A DNA stretch of 64,000 bases. It comes from a virus. Lineage: Duplodnaviria > Caudoviricetes. Location: the IMG/VR virus record IMGVR_UViG_3300043077_000092; one strand, written 5' to 3'. The translations under genes were made by a program, and so were the position numbers. The notes under the pieces are model-generated. The model searched no databases and was not told the DNA's origin. It worked only from the letters and a program-made list of their open reading frames with translations. Of the stretch, positions 47,683 through 56,979 are shown piece by piece (the first letter of the stretch is position 1; every line of letters begins with the position of its first letter).

Positions 47683-49449
47683 TTACGCCTTTTCGTTTTG
47701 ATCTTCTACTGCAATTGGACTCGGAATTTTTATCAGTAGTCTACGCTCAATTGATGGAACGGATTGAATTAATGCACCTAATGTAATTAACTGTTCTGAA
47801 TCGGCGGAACTAAGTCCAGTAACTAATTCAGTACTATAGTTATTACCGATTAGGCATTGCCTTGATTCATCTATAATGTCTTTGAGTTCCGGACCCTGAA
47901 ACTCCATAGCTTTAACAAAACCGTTCACGGCATTTTCATATCTTTCAGTCTTATCTCTCTGATAATTGAGTCGAATCTCCAAGTCCTCAATAGTTTTCTT
48001 TAAGTCTGCAACCAAATCAATAATCCGCTGGTCATCTTCCGCAAAGTTAAAGAAAACTTTATGAGAAATTTCATCTGAGACTTTAGTACTAAGCTTATTA
48101 ACCATATCATTAATCTGATCAACCATCTTATTCATTACATTAGCGATTATTTCAACCGCATGATTTCCTGCAAAGTAATCAAGATATTCAGATGATATAG
48201 CATATGGTACATCACCTCCTGACTGTTGAAGTGTTTTAACCATATCAGTCAGTTCTTCATATAAACTCTTATTATTCCTGATAAACTTTACCATCAGTTC
48301 TTCATTTTTTCGTATATTATGAAACTGGGTAAGATTATTATCGTTGGTATATAAGAGATGTAGTATGGCATCAGGGAAATACTCAATCATCCGAATATGC
48401 ATACCATACAACCCTTCACTTTCAATCTTATCAGGAAATACAATTTTCAGTAAATCCATAATTCTGGTGTACTGGTCTGTTTCGTTCTTTGCAATAAACT
48501 CCAGTTTTACTCTAAGGGCCTCAACAGCATCCAAAATACGAGTAGTTTCTTCAGATTGCGGCTCTTTTTTATTCTCATCAATTAGTTTACTGATTCCATC
48601 ACAGAAGTATTTCATTATGCGATCATCTTTGGATTCAGACGAATCAGACGAAATCGAGTTAATGTCGGTTGGTATTGGCTCAGCCGGAATAGAAGCCTTA
48701 ATCTTCTCAAACAGTTCCGGTGTACCTTTAGCAAAATCAACAAGGTGTTCCCGTTCAGTTTTCATCGAATGAAGCTGATTACTCAGGGATATATTCTGGA
48801 TATAAAGTGACGAAATTGTATCAAGCATTCCAATCAACAATTCCGAAGCATTAGTTATACTGATACCCTTTTTCGCCGCAGTACAGAATATCTCTTCAAG
48901 AACTGCACGATCCGTCTTAATACGGTTAATGACCAGTTTAGCCGCTACCAACAGTGCTTCATTAGTACAGTCAAATATCACCTGAGTTGTTTCATTCTCA
49001 TCAGATGTATCTTCCTTAGAAGTTTCACTCTGCGTTGTATAGATCGCACCAGATGATATACTACGGGCAAAATCAATTATCGGTTTTGCAATAGTTTCAT
49101 AGTAGCTTTCTTCAGTTCCACAGTATGACCTAAATCTAATGGTAACCTCTTTCTCTGAATCAGCTTTCTCTTCTTCCTGAGTATCTACTTCTTCACTATC
49201 ATTATTTGGTGCCAGTACTAAAGAAGATTCACCAGTGGGGTGATTAACAACCAAGATCTTAACACTCTCCGATTTAGATTGCGTTGACTTTAACAGTACA
49301 ACCGTATATTCGTAGTTAGGGGGAAGCAGACTTGTCATCTCACTTCTTGTGATAACGTAGTCACGTCCATCCTCATCCAAACTCTTTAAAAATCTCTCTA
49401 AGTTAGTTTTTCCAGTTATATTAACTTCACTATCTACTTCATATTTCAT
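47683..49449 (-). CDS. Hypothetical coiled-coil protein
   Basis: 588 aa with heptad-rich segments; RBS AAAGGAG. Confidence 0.75.
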   Translation of the reverse strand: MKYEVDSEVNITGKTNLERFLKSLDEDGRDYVITRSEMTSLLPPNYEYTVVLLKSTQSKSESVKILVVNHPTGESSLVLAPNNDSEEVDTQEEEKADSEKEVTIRFRSYCGTEESYYETIAKPIIDFARSISSGAIYTTQSETSKEDTSDENETTQVIFDCTNEALLVAAKLVINRIKTDRAVLEEIFCTAAKKGISITNASELLIGMLDTISSLYIQNISLSNQLHSMKTEREHLVDFAKGTPELFEKIKASIPAEPIPTDINSISSDSSESKDDRIMKYFCDGISKLIDENKKEPQSEETTRILDAVEALRVKLEFIAKNETDQYTRIMDLLKIVFPDKIESEGLYGMHIRMIEYFPDAILHLLYTNDNNLTQFHNIRKNEELMVKFIRNNKSLYEELTDMVKTLQQSGGDVPYAISSEYLDYFAGNHAVEIIANVMNKMVDQINDMVNKLSTKVSDEISHKVFFNFAEDDQRIIDLVADLKKTIEDLEIRLNYQRDKTERYENAVNGFVKAMEFQGPELKDIIDESRQCLIGNNYSTELVTGLSSADSEQLITLGALIQSVPSIERRLLIKIPSPIAVEDQNEKA

Positions 49450-49507
49450 ATTGTTCCACTCTCCTTTATTTTTATTTAGGGTTTTGTAAAAATAGACTTA
49501 AGAATAT

Positions 49508-49538
49508 AAGAGTGGTACTCAAATTAGATACCACTCTT
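49508..49538 (-). terminator. Stem-loop terminator after RNAP beta
   Basis: AAGAGTGGTA / TACCACTCTT. Confidence 0.6.
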
Positions 49539-49549
49539 AATCCGTCCGT

Positions 49550-52500
49550 TTAAAGAACTAATCGCTCTCCATAGTAAATCACATCCTTTGCAACGTAAGC
49601 GTTTACCGTTGAATCGAGTTCAATATTGGAATTATATCCCTCTTCCAGTCTGGAAAGATTCATCTCGAAGATGGAACGATTCAATTGATCCTTAAAGTCA
49701 AGTCCAGCAAATACAATATCACCCTTGGAGTATTCCTTAGATGCCTCGTACTTGTCATCTGAACTTCTTATGATGTCAAATGTTGTTTCAAGGATAGAAA
49801 GTTTGTTCTTGACCGCTTCTATCTTTTCAGGACTAAAGGATTGATACATTGCAGACTCCTTTGTCGGAGTTGGCTTTGAACCACCATGGACGTCCATATA
49901 CGGTCTATCCTGTTTTTGTTTCTCATTCCAATCAATTCCTGTAAGCATTTCAAATACTGAACGCTTAAGTTCAATCAGAACTTTATATCCCATCATTACG
50001 GTAAGTATAGATGGAGTACCTCTTTGTAGTATTGCAGATGGCGCTAATGGGACATCAATTTCCTCGTATGGTCTAAACATTGTATACGGTTCCAATCCTC
50101 TTGGAATCATATAACCGTTTGTCGCTTTATTAGCAGACATATGAGCAAATTTATCACCATCTGATACTTCATCATGATATGTGACGAAAATCTCAATTAA
50201 GACTCCGTCATGAACATCAACACCTGCAATTTTACCATATTGGTCTGGTTTTATCGTCCCTACAGACTCGTTGAAGAATATTCCACTTCGATAAACGGAG
50301 TTTTTATTCTTATCGTACTTATCCATATAGGAACGACGTTTCCTTTCGTGTGCTTGTACATTATTTACAACCTTTCTTAACGACGGTGTCATCTCTTCAG
50401 GTTCTACCGCAGGGTATACTCTGATACTTGCAACAATTCCATCGTGTTTAGTTGTATATTTGCTCTTTCCAAGGTTTACGATATCTTCCTGTAAGTCCTG
50501 TCTGATAGAATGCATTAATTCACTCATCTCTTCATCCGTATAAGAAGTATCAAACCTAATTAAGTCATCTCCATTATGAACTCGGTCTCCAACTTTGACA
50601 ATAAAGTCAACATCAGAATTTTTACCAAGTACAACGGAAACTTCTTTCATTGTAATATCGGTTGACATTGCACGGCTTAGCCTATAGGTAGACCACATTG
50701 AGTCTTCATAGGTTGCCATGTTAGACAGACAAGCCGCCTTTACCTTTGTACCATACGTAAGTTTGTTACCAAGTAATCCAGTATCTTTGTAGTAATGCTT
50801 ATCAAAAGCAAGGATGGCATCTTTCTTAAACTTATCTCCTTTCTTGAAAGAAGAATCAAGCTTGTTATCAAGATAGAATCCACCGCCACCATTTTGAACA
50901 ATCTTCTTATCCAAATCAATAGCCTGAGTAGTTCCATCTTTGTATTTGATTACCATGATATTTACGTCATCATCTCTGTCAATAACTTCCCCATCCTGTT
51001 TTGCTACATAGGAGAAATCATTTGAAGTACGATACTGAATTGTAGAGTCAAACCCATTTGTGATAAGACATGGGCATTGATCCTTTACAGGAATTGCATG
51101 GCATGATTGCTTACTTGTCATTGCTGTACGGTTAGGGTCATCATGGGCAACTCCCATTGGATATGTCATTTCCTCGGTTGTCATAAGTTTAGTAGCATCT
51201 AAATTCTGAGCGTTTTCACGTCCAACAACATCGAGCATACCATATGCGTTTACAACATTCGGTTCTACAACCAAATGTCTCTCTTTACCACAGTTTCCAG
51301 ATATATCAGTTGAAACTCCGATAAGTCCAACCATATTGTCATGGTAATTACGTTTTTCTTCGCTGTAACTGCGGTCTTTATTCATTCCCACGTAACCTTT
51401 CATCGAAGTTACACCAAATTGCTTTACTTCAACGATTGGAGATAAGGTGCTATAAGAATCAACTGTCGGAAGACTATTCAAAGCCTTAATTACGCAATCG
51501 GGATCGACAGTAAGCTTTGCAGGATTAGCATTGTTAGCTGTCTTTCTATATCTTGCATAAGACTTTGTCATTTCCTTATAGAGAATTGCAGGAATAATCT
51601 CAACATTTCTCAATCTGTAAAGTTTCGGATCAGTATCAATAGAGAAAGTACTATCCGCAAGCATATTACTTGCAAATATCATAAGCGATACCAAATCCTC
51701 TGGATAACCAAGTAACTTCAAGATATCAAGTGTCTTAAAGTCAATCATGAAATCATAGAAGTTGATAAAACCACCTGCATAATATCCACTTCCTAAAAGC
51801 TGTTCAAAGATCGTGATATACGTATCTCTTGAGTCCATCTCTTCAAAGGTAAATTCCTTCATAATAAGGTCAGTGAACCCATTAAAGAGAAGACAAGCTT
51901 CCAGATTGTTCATAGGGTACTTTAAGTATCCATCAGCAAACTGAATATACATGTAGTTGTCTGACTTATTCTCCTTATCAACAAATTCAACCTGAGTTGA
52001 ACCGTTTAAAGTATTGAACTTCTGAACTACAGTTGTTAATCCTTCAAAGAAGCAAACTGCAAATACAAGTGGAAATTTCTTCTCCATCATCTTTACGTCA
52101 TTATGAACGTACTTACGTCCAGAAGATAATTTCTTGAACTCGTCATAATAATCAGGCATAGATTCATTAACGATAAGAGAAACCATATCCTGATGCTCTG
52201 CATTTTTTGTATTATAGACAATAGGAGTTTTGTCTTTGGTATGATAACCAATGATAGACTCTTCAAGTGTAGAGTCTTTATACTTATCTCCAAGTTCATC
52301 TTTGAGCATATCTACTGAGAATACAAAAACGCAATCATTAATAACGATCTTATTGTACTTAGAAGCCAACTCATCATATTCCAAGCAGGTTAAGTAAGGT
52401 TGATTGATAACTGAGTTATCCCCCTTATATACACGAATGGTTGTTCCTGCCGGTCTTTTATCCTGATCAATTAAGACCTTCTTGAATCTTTCCATATTCG

Positions 52501-54280
52501 GATTAAATCTTGTTCCCTGACGGTTCATCCAAATCTTATTGTAATTGGTTACAATCTGTAATTCATCAGGTCCAGTCTTAATTACTGGTAAACCGACAAG
52601 CTGTTTTTCGATTACACGTTTCTTACCATTTATAATAAGAAACTTATCATCAACCAACTTCGGAATGTTGACTTTCATAGTGTGACGTTTACGGTTCTCA
52701 TCTTCAAACTCGATTGTATAGGTATCCTGATAAACCATCTCAGTTGAGGTGTCTTCAATCGTAACATTGGTGACATTTACGTTGATACCTTTGTCGTTGA
52801 ATGAAGTAATGGCTCTTGCCATATCTCTATCGAACTGCTCGTTGATATAAGCGGATTCAAAGTTGTAGAACCTTACGTTCTTAAGTTCCTCATTATCCGT
52901 TGTATTGGTTTCAATTTTTACCTCAGGAATCTGAGGAGGCTCTGGTATATCTACCACTAATTCACCGATAGGCTTATCGTGAATCTTAATCTTCATCTGC
53001 TGTTCTCTAAGCATCTCATCACGCTTTAGTGATGCAGCCGATTTTGTACCACGACGTTTATCTGCTACTGACTTTATATATTTCTCTTTCAGTTCTTCGT
53101 TGGTTTCGATTTCTTCTATCGTATCATCAATGGCAGTCTCTTCATCGATAGTATCATCATCTGAAGAAGATGTATCGTCATCGTTAAACTCGATATTTAG
53201 CTTTTCAGCCTCTTCTTTCTCACGGCGTTTCTCTTCTTTCTTTGCCTCTTCTTTATCAGCTTCAGTATCCTTTGTTAAAGTAACTTTCTTCTCAATCTTT
53301 CCACCAACAAGGTCAGTTGCAATGGTTGGAATACCCTTTTCTAATTCAGAAGAATTTGGAACTGCTACCTGAGAGCCAGTAAAGTTCTTTGTAATCTTTG
53401 CTGTAATTGTCTCATCATAGTCATTCTTGATGATTGTATCATACTTTTCTTCAGCTCCTATAAAGCTTGGCTTAATACGCTTTGTGAAGTTGATAAGCTT
53501 TGTATAATTTTCCCTCTTGAAATCTGTAGCCGTATTAACGAGAATATATCCCTTAGATGTATAAAAGAGAATTTCAAACTCAGGAACTGACATCATGATC
53601 TTGTAAATCACATTATCAGACTTCCTCATAAGAAGCATCATATAATCATAGAAAGAATAATCCGTAAGTTCACACTTTGGATTATACTCATCCAGATCAA
53701 TAAAGATTGGTGACTTCTCATAATCTTTGAAGTTTAACTGAGTATAAAAAATACCGATTGTTTCAAAATACATACGAAGGCGTTCTATTAACGGCATCTT
53801 CATAAGTTTCTTCTGGTACTTTAATAATCTCGTAATCGGTTCCATATCATAGACAAAATTCTTATTTGCAAGAACGGTTAAACTGATTGGAGTTATCGTA
53901 TTCTGAGAACTCTCTTGCATAGAACCATAATCAGTCAGTCGTTCCCGTTTAAGCTCAGACTTTGTCTTTCCCGGGTTCTTAACCCTTCGTGACTTGATAC
54001 AAGTACGAAGTCTAATATGATCATAGTAATAACCCTTGTAACCAGTGCCAAGATTCATGAGTCTTGGGTGTTTATTGTTAAGTACAATAGCGATATCTGA
54101 TATCGATGTATTTAAAAACGGTATAAACATTCCCTTATTCGAATCACCTTTTCTTGGCAATTGAAGTTTCTCTTTGGTGACGGTAAAATCCTGTACTCCA
54201 TCGAGACGTTTCATTTCTAAAACTGTCTCTCGCACTTCATTTGCATTTGCAGGAAGACCGTCAAAAAACCCAAATTTCAT
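49550..54280 (-). CDS. rpoB: Phage multisubunit RNA polymerase beta subunit, unsplit (probably virion RNAP)
   Basis: IPKL..FLIINGKKR; RNYHDNMVGLIG.STDISGNCG; HDDPNRTAMTSKQ (cf. HDDANRALMGANMQ); YEDS; DGDKFAHMSANK (cf. GDKMAGRHGNK); late promoter at 54305-54316. Confidence 0.92.
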   Translation of the reverse strand: MKFGFFDGLPANANEVRETVLEMKRLDGVQDFTVTKEKLQLPRKGDSNKGMFIPFLNTSISDIAIVLNNKHPRLMNLGTGYKGYYYDHIRLRTCIKSRRVKNPGKTKSELKRERLTDYGSMQESSQNTITPISLTVLANKNFVYDMEPITRLLKYQKKLMKMPLIERLRMYFETIGIFYTQLNFKDYEKSPIFIDLDEYNPKCELTDYSFYDYMMLLMRKSDNVIYKIMMSVPEFEILFYTSKGYILVNTATDFKRENYTKLINFTKRIKPSFIGAEEKYDTIIKNDYDETITAKITKNFTGSQVAVPNSSELEKGIPTIATDLVGGKIEKKVTLTKDTEADKEEAKKEEKRREKEEAEKLNIEFNDDDTSSSDDDTIDEETAIDDTIEEIETNEELKEKYIKSVADKRRGTKSAASLKRDEMLREQQMKIKIHDKPIGELVVDIPEPPQIPEVKIETNTTDNEELKNVRFYNFESAYINEQFDRDMARAITSFNDKGINVNVTNVTIEDTSTEMVYQDTYTIEFEDENRKRHTMKVNIPKLVDDKFLIINGKKRVIEKQLVGLPVIKTGPDELQIVTNYNKIWMNRQGTRFNPNMERFKKVLIDQDKRPAGTTIRVYKGDNSVINQPYLTCLEYDELASKYNKIVINDCVFVFSVDMLKDELGDKYKDSTLEESIIGYHTKDKTPIVYNTKNAEHQDMVSLIVNESMPDYYDEFKKLSSGRKYVHNDVKMMEKKFPLVFAVCFFEGLTTVVQKFNTLNGSTQVEFVDKENKSDNYMYIQFADGYLKYPMNNLEACLLFNGFTDLIMKEFTFEEMDSRDTYITIFEQLLGSGYYAGGFINFYDFMIDFKTLDILKLLGYPEDLVSLMIFASNMLADSTFSIDTDPKLYRLRNVEIIPAILYKEMTKSYARYRKTANNANPAKLTVDPDCVIKALNSLPTVDSYSTLSPIVEVKQFGVTSMKGYVGMNKDRSYSEEKRNYHDNMVGLIGVSTDISGNCGKERHLVVEPNVVNAYGMLDVVGRENAQNLDATKLMTTEEMTYPMGVAHDDPNRTAMTSKQSCHAIPVKDQCPCLITNGFDSTIQYRTSNDFSYVAKQDGEVIDRDDDVNIMVIKYKDGTTQAIDLDKKIVQNGGGGFYLDNKLDSSFKKGDKFKKDAILAFDKHYYKDTGLLGNKLTYGTKVKAACLSNMATYEDSMWSTYRLSRAMSTDITMKEVSVVLGKNSDVDFIVKVGDRVHNGDDLIRFDTSYTDEEMSELMHSIRQDLQEDIVNLGKSKYTTKHDGIVASIRVYPAVEPEEMTPSLRKVVNNVQAHERKRRSYMDKYDKNKNSVYRSGIFFNESVGTIKPDQYGKIAGVDVHDGVLIEIFVTYHDEVSDGDKFAHMSANKATNGYMIPRGLEPYTMFRPYEEIDVPLAPSAILQRGTPSILTVMMGYKVLIELKRSVFEMLTGIDWNEKQKQDRPYMDVHGGSKPTPTKESAMYQSFSPEKIEAVKNKLSILETTFDIIRSSDDKYEASKEYSKGDIVFAGLDFKDQLNRSIFEMNLSRLEEGYNSNIELDSTVNAYVAKDVIYYGERLVL

Positions 54281-54304
54281 GCTGTAATTACCTCCCTTCT
54301 TAAT

Positions 54305-54316
54305 TAAAGAATTGTT
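54305..54316 (-). promoter_or_regulatory. Late-type phage promoter nACA-N6-TA (representative of 11 copies)
   Basis: AACA-ATTCTT-TA upstream of RNAP beta; matches the AR9 late promoter pattern AACA-N6-TA/G. Confidence 0.7.
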
Positions 54317-54334
54317 AAATACGCGTTATTATAC

Positions 54335-54537
54335 AAAAAAGACAACGAGCCGACGAACCTCACACCTCGGTGAAATCCGTCGACTCGTATCTCATTTTGG
54401 GAGGCTAGTACGATTCTGATCGGCATCATCATAACTCAGCATTCTCTGTCTAAGTTACCCCATGCGGGCGCCTATCTTCGCCACACGCGCTGGCGCCCGC
54501 CGCCATTCATCGCCGATAACGTACACTCATCGCCTCT
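54335..54537 (-). ncRNA. Structured GC-rich small RNA (~160 nt plus terminator), possibly 6S-like
   Basis: Late promoter AACA-TATTTT-TA gives +1 at 54537. Nested stems GAGGC/GCCUC, GUACG/CGUAC, AUCGGC/GCCGAU, GCGGGCGCC/GGCGCCCGC and UAACUUAG/CUGAGUUA. Terminator ACGAGUCGACG..CGUCGGCUCGU + U-tract. No ORF. Confidence 0.7.
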
Positions 54538-54573
54538 AAAAATATGTTGTATACTAAAAGATTTATTATACGT

Positions 54574-55215
54574 TTATTTTAAAAATGATTTTGACTCTCT
54601 GATACTATAAAATGGATTGCATCTTAAAATCTCAACTGCAATAAACTGTTCACATAGAGCAGGTTCATCCCATATATAGAAGATATCAGTGATACTTTTA
54701 TATGATGAACCTACTCCAAACTTTTTACTTACAATCGAATGTATCTCTCTTAATCTCTTTATTAATTCAAATAGAACTAATGAATCAGATGTCTCTTTAA
54801 TGTAGCTATATAGATATTTGATTGAGTAATCTGAGCATAGTCTATATAAATCGTGAGATAACTTGCGAATCTCTACTGGACTAAATGCCACCTCTTGAAA
54901 GAATTCATATTCAACTTCAGGTACTACAATCATTGATTCACTATTAGACTTTCCATATACGGAGACTAATTCACAAAGTGCAACTTCTACAAAGTTATCT
55001 GTCATGTTAATACCAGAATTCTCTATCACATGTTCCATTGCAGCCATACATTTACTACCTGTATCATACTCAACTACAGGCATTATATTCTTCACTTTAA
55101 ACTTTTCCATTAATTCGACATACTTACGAAACCGAAATGGGTTATCTGTAAACCCAGAAAATCTCTCTTGTAGGTTTACTGAGTCTGGTACGAAACCATA
55201 ATACATATAATTCAC
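54574..55215 (-). CDS. Hypothetical protein (divergent tandem family)
   Basis: 213 aa; N-terminal Y-hydrophobic..GFTDN..RKY pattern shared with neighbours. Confidence 0.75.
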   Translation of the reverse strand: MNYMYYGFVPDSVNLQERFSGFTDNPFRFRKYVELMEKFKVKNIMPVVEYDTGSKCMAAMEHVIENSGINMTDNFVEVALCELVSVYGKSNSESMIVVPEVEYEFFQEVAFSPVEIRKLSHDLYRLCSDYSIKYLYSYIKETSDSLVLFELIKRLREIHSIVSKKFGVGSSYKSITDIFYIWDEPALCEQFIAVEILRCNPFYSIRESKSFLK

Positions 55216-55220
55216 CTCCT

Positions 55221-55874
55221 TTACTTAAGAAACTCATAAGAAGTTATCCAGACTTTCATCATCTCACATGGATCAATCGTAACCCTTGACCTTATATCAT
55301 ATGGATCTTGAAGTAATCTAGGTAGTACATCTAATATCATTTCTCTAAATTCAATTAATGATTTATTCTCTTGCATTTGGAAAATGTAATTATTGAGTTC
55401 TGTGAATAGATATGTCAAACGAAGCATGATGGACTGTTCGCATCCAGTGAAATGGATTGAATCAAATAGTTCATTCATAGCTTCTGAGCAAATAAGAAAA
55501 TCTCCATTAACCAACGGTTGTTCTACAAGAACTGGCATTGTTGCAGCCACTGTCCATGGCAAATTTGTATTGCAATCATACGGATTTCCGTTATTATATA
55601 GAGATAAAGCTATAGTTGATAGTTGACCACTATCAACGACATCACCCACTGCATCAATATCAATGTCAATATTGGTATATTTGAAAGTTTTGAGTTTCAC
55701 CAATCCTTTTGTAAGATTAGATAAGAAATCATAGTATCGTTTCATATAAAACCAATTAGTGGTACATCCTCTAAGAATATCTCTATGAAGATAAAATTGG
55801 TCTGCAAGATTATAATCTTCTGGATCATAGATTTCTTTATCTAATCGGTCTATATCTATAATGTAGATATCCAA
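55221..55874 (-). CDS. Hypothetical protein (divergent tandem family)
   Basis: 217 aa; IYII..RGCTTNW.YMKRY. Confidence 0.75.
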   Translation of the reverse strand: MDIYIIDIDRLDKEIYDPEDYNLADQFYLHRDILRGCTTNWFYMKRYYDFLSNLTKGLVKLKTFKYTNIDIDIDAVGDVVDSGQLSTIALSLYNNGNPYDCNTNLPWTVAATMPVLVEQPLVNGDFLICSEAMNELFDSIHFTGCEQSIMLRLTYLFTELNNYIFQMQENKSLIEFREMILDVLPRLLQDPYDIRSRVTIDPCEMMKVWITSYEFLK

Positions 55875-55895
55875 TTATGTCACCACCTTTACGTG

Positions 55896-56555
55896 TTAAT
55901 TTAAAAGAGTTTGATCATATACGAAATAGATAAGTTCATATAGCATAAAGTAAGTAGGGTCAAATCCCATTTCCTCTGGAGAAGCTCCCCAATATTGATT
56001 TTCTTTATAATTAAAAGCTATTGCACTATCAGCAACGCTTTGCAATATATCTAGTATCTTATCAAACATTTCAACCAATTCATTATCTTTAATATAACTG
56101 ATAATTTTACGTATACCTTCGAATCCTTCTTCGGTCTGGTTAAAGATTCCTACATCAGAATCTTCATAATAACTATCCATAACCAAATGATTTAATATAA
56201 CTTCCATTTGATCTAATACAGGACTATGAGATTTCATAATACAGATTTCATGTTCAAGTTCCAAATCTGGATGAATTTCTTCTATACCATAATGATCAAC
56301 TATCCAATCAATCATCTCTCCTGAACTATAATTTATATAATCTGGAAATTCATATTTTACAATACGAAGTTTAAGCTTACTAAATGAATTATCAAACCAT
56401 CTATCAATGAAGTTCATATAGAGCTTTACTATATATTCCGACCTATGCCAACCTTGGAATAGATAGAAGTTATTTAGTATAGTATATGCTATTGAAGTTC
56501 TAGGTGGTAACGATTCATTATAAGAGCAAGGGTGTACTGCGTATATACATTTCAT
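55896..56555 (-). CDS. Hypothetical protein (divergent tandem family)
   Basis: 219 aa; IYAV..QGWHRSEYIVKLY; early-type ATATATTA at 56588-56595. Confidence 0.75.
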   Translation of the reverse strand: MKCIYAVHPCSYNESLPPRTSIAYTILNNFYLFQGWHRSEYIVKLYMNFIDRWFDNSFSKLKLRIVKYEFPDYINYSSGEMIDWIVDHYGIEEIHPDLELEHEICIMKSHSPVLDQMEVILNHLVMDSYYEDSDVGIFNQTEEGFEGIRKIISYIKDNELVEMFDKILDILQSVADSAIAFNYKENQYWGASPEEMGFDPTYFMLYELIYFVYDQTLLN

Positions 56556-56634
56556 CTTAATTCACTCCTTTCTTTTTCACATGCTATTAATATATAAATA
56601 AAGCAACAAACGGGATTGAAGGTAGGTGATTTTT

Positions 56635-56829
56635 ATGGAAAACAACCCCGAAACAGAAGCAGTTAAAGACATTAGTAATTCAGTTCGCATTATGTTAAAT
56701 GGCGACCGTATTGGATATTGCCCTTGGTGTAAAGCTGCTGTATCAATGAGAAGCTTCCCAGTATCGAGATGTATGGTTTGCTGGCATTTAATTAATTGGG
56801 ATATAAATGGACTTAGAAATGAACAATGA
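56635..56829 (+). CDS. Small zinc-ribbon protein
   Basis: CPWC..CMVC..INW; RBS AGGTGA. Confidence 0.65.
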   Translation: MENNPETEAVKDISNSVRIMLNGDRIGYCPWCKAAVSMRSFPVSRCMVCWHLINWDINGLRNEQ

Positions 56830-56830
56830 C

Positions 56831-56875
56831 GAAAGTGGGATACCGAACTCCATCCGTGATCGGTATCCCACTTTC
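56831..56875. repeat. 16-bp perfect inverted repeat
   Basis: GAAAGTGGGATACCGA / TCGGTATCCCACTTTC. Confidence 0.75.
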
Positions 56876-56979
56876 CCATGCGTCGTAGTTACATGAAAGC
56901 TTGAGGATAAAATATTTCTTTTATGTAATGAGATTCCCGATTGACTCTCATTAAGATTAATGTATATATTTTGACAAGA

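Noticed and set aside
54335-54537. SRP RNA or riboswitch leader of RNAP beta
   Set aside because: It lacks the SRP helix-8 motif, and the beta gene has its own promoter downstream of the RNA's terminator.
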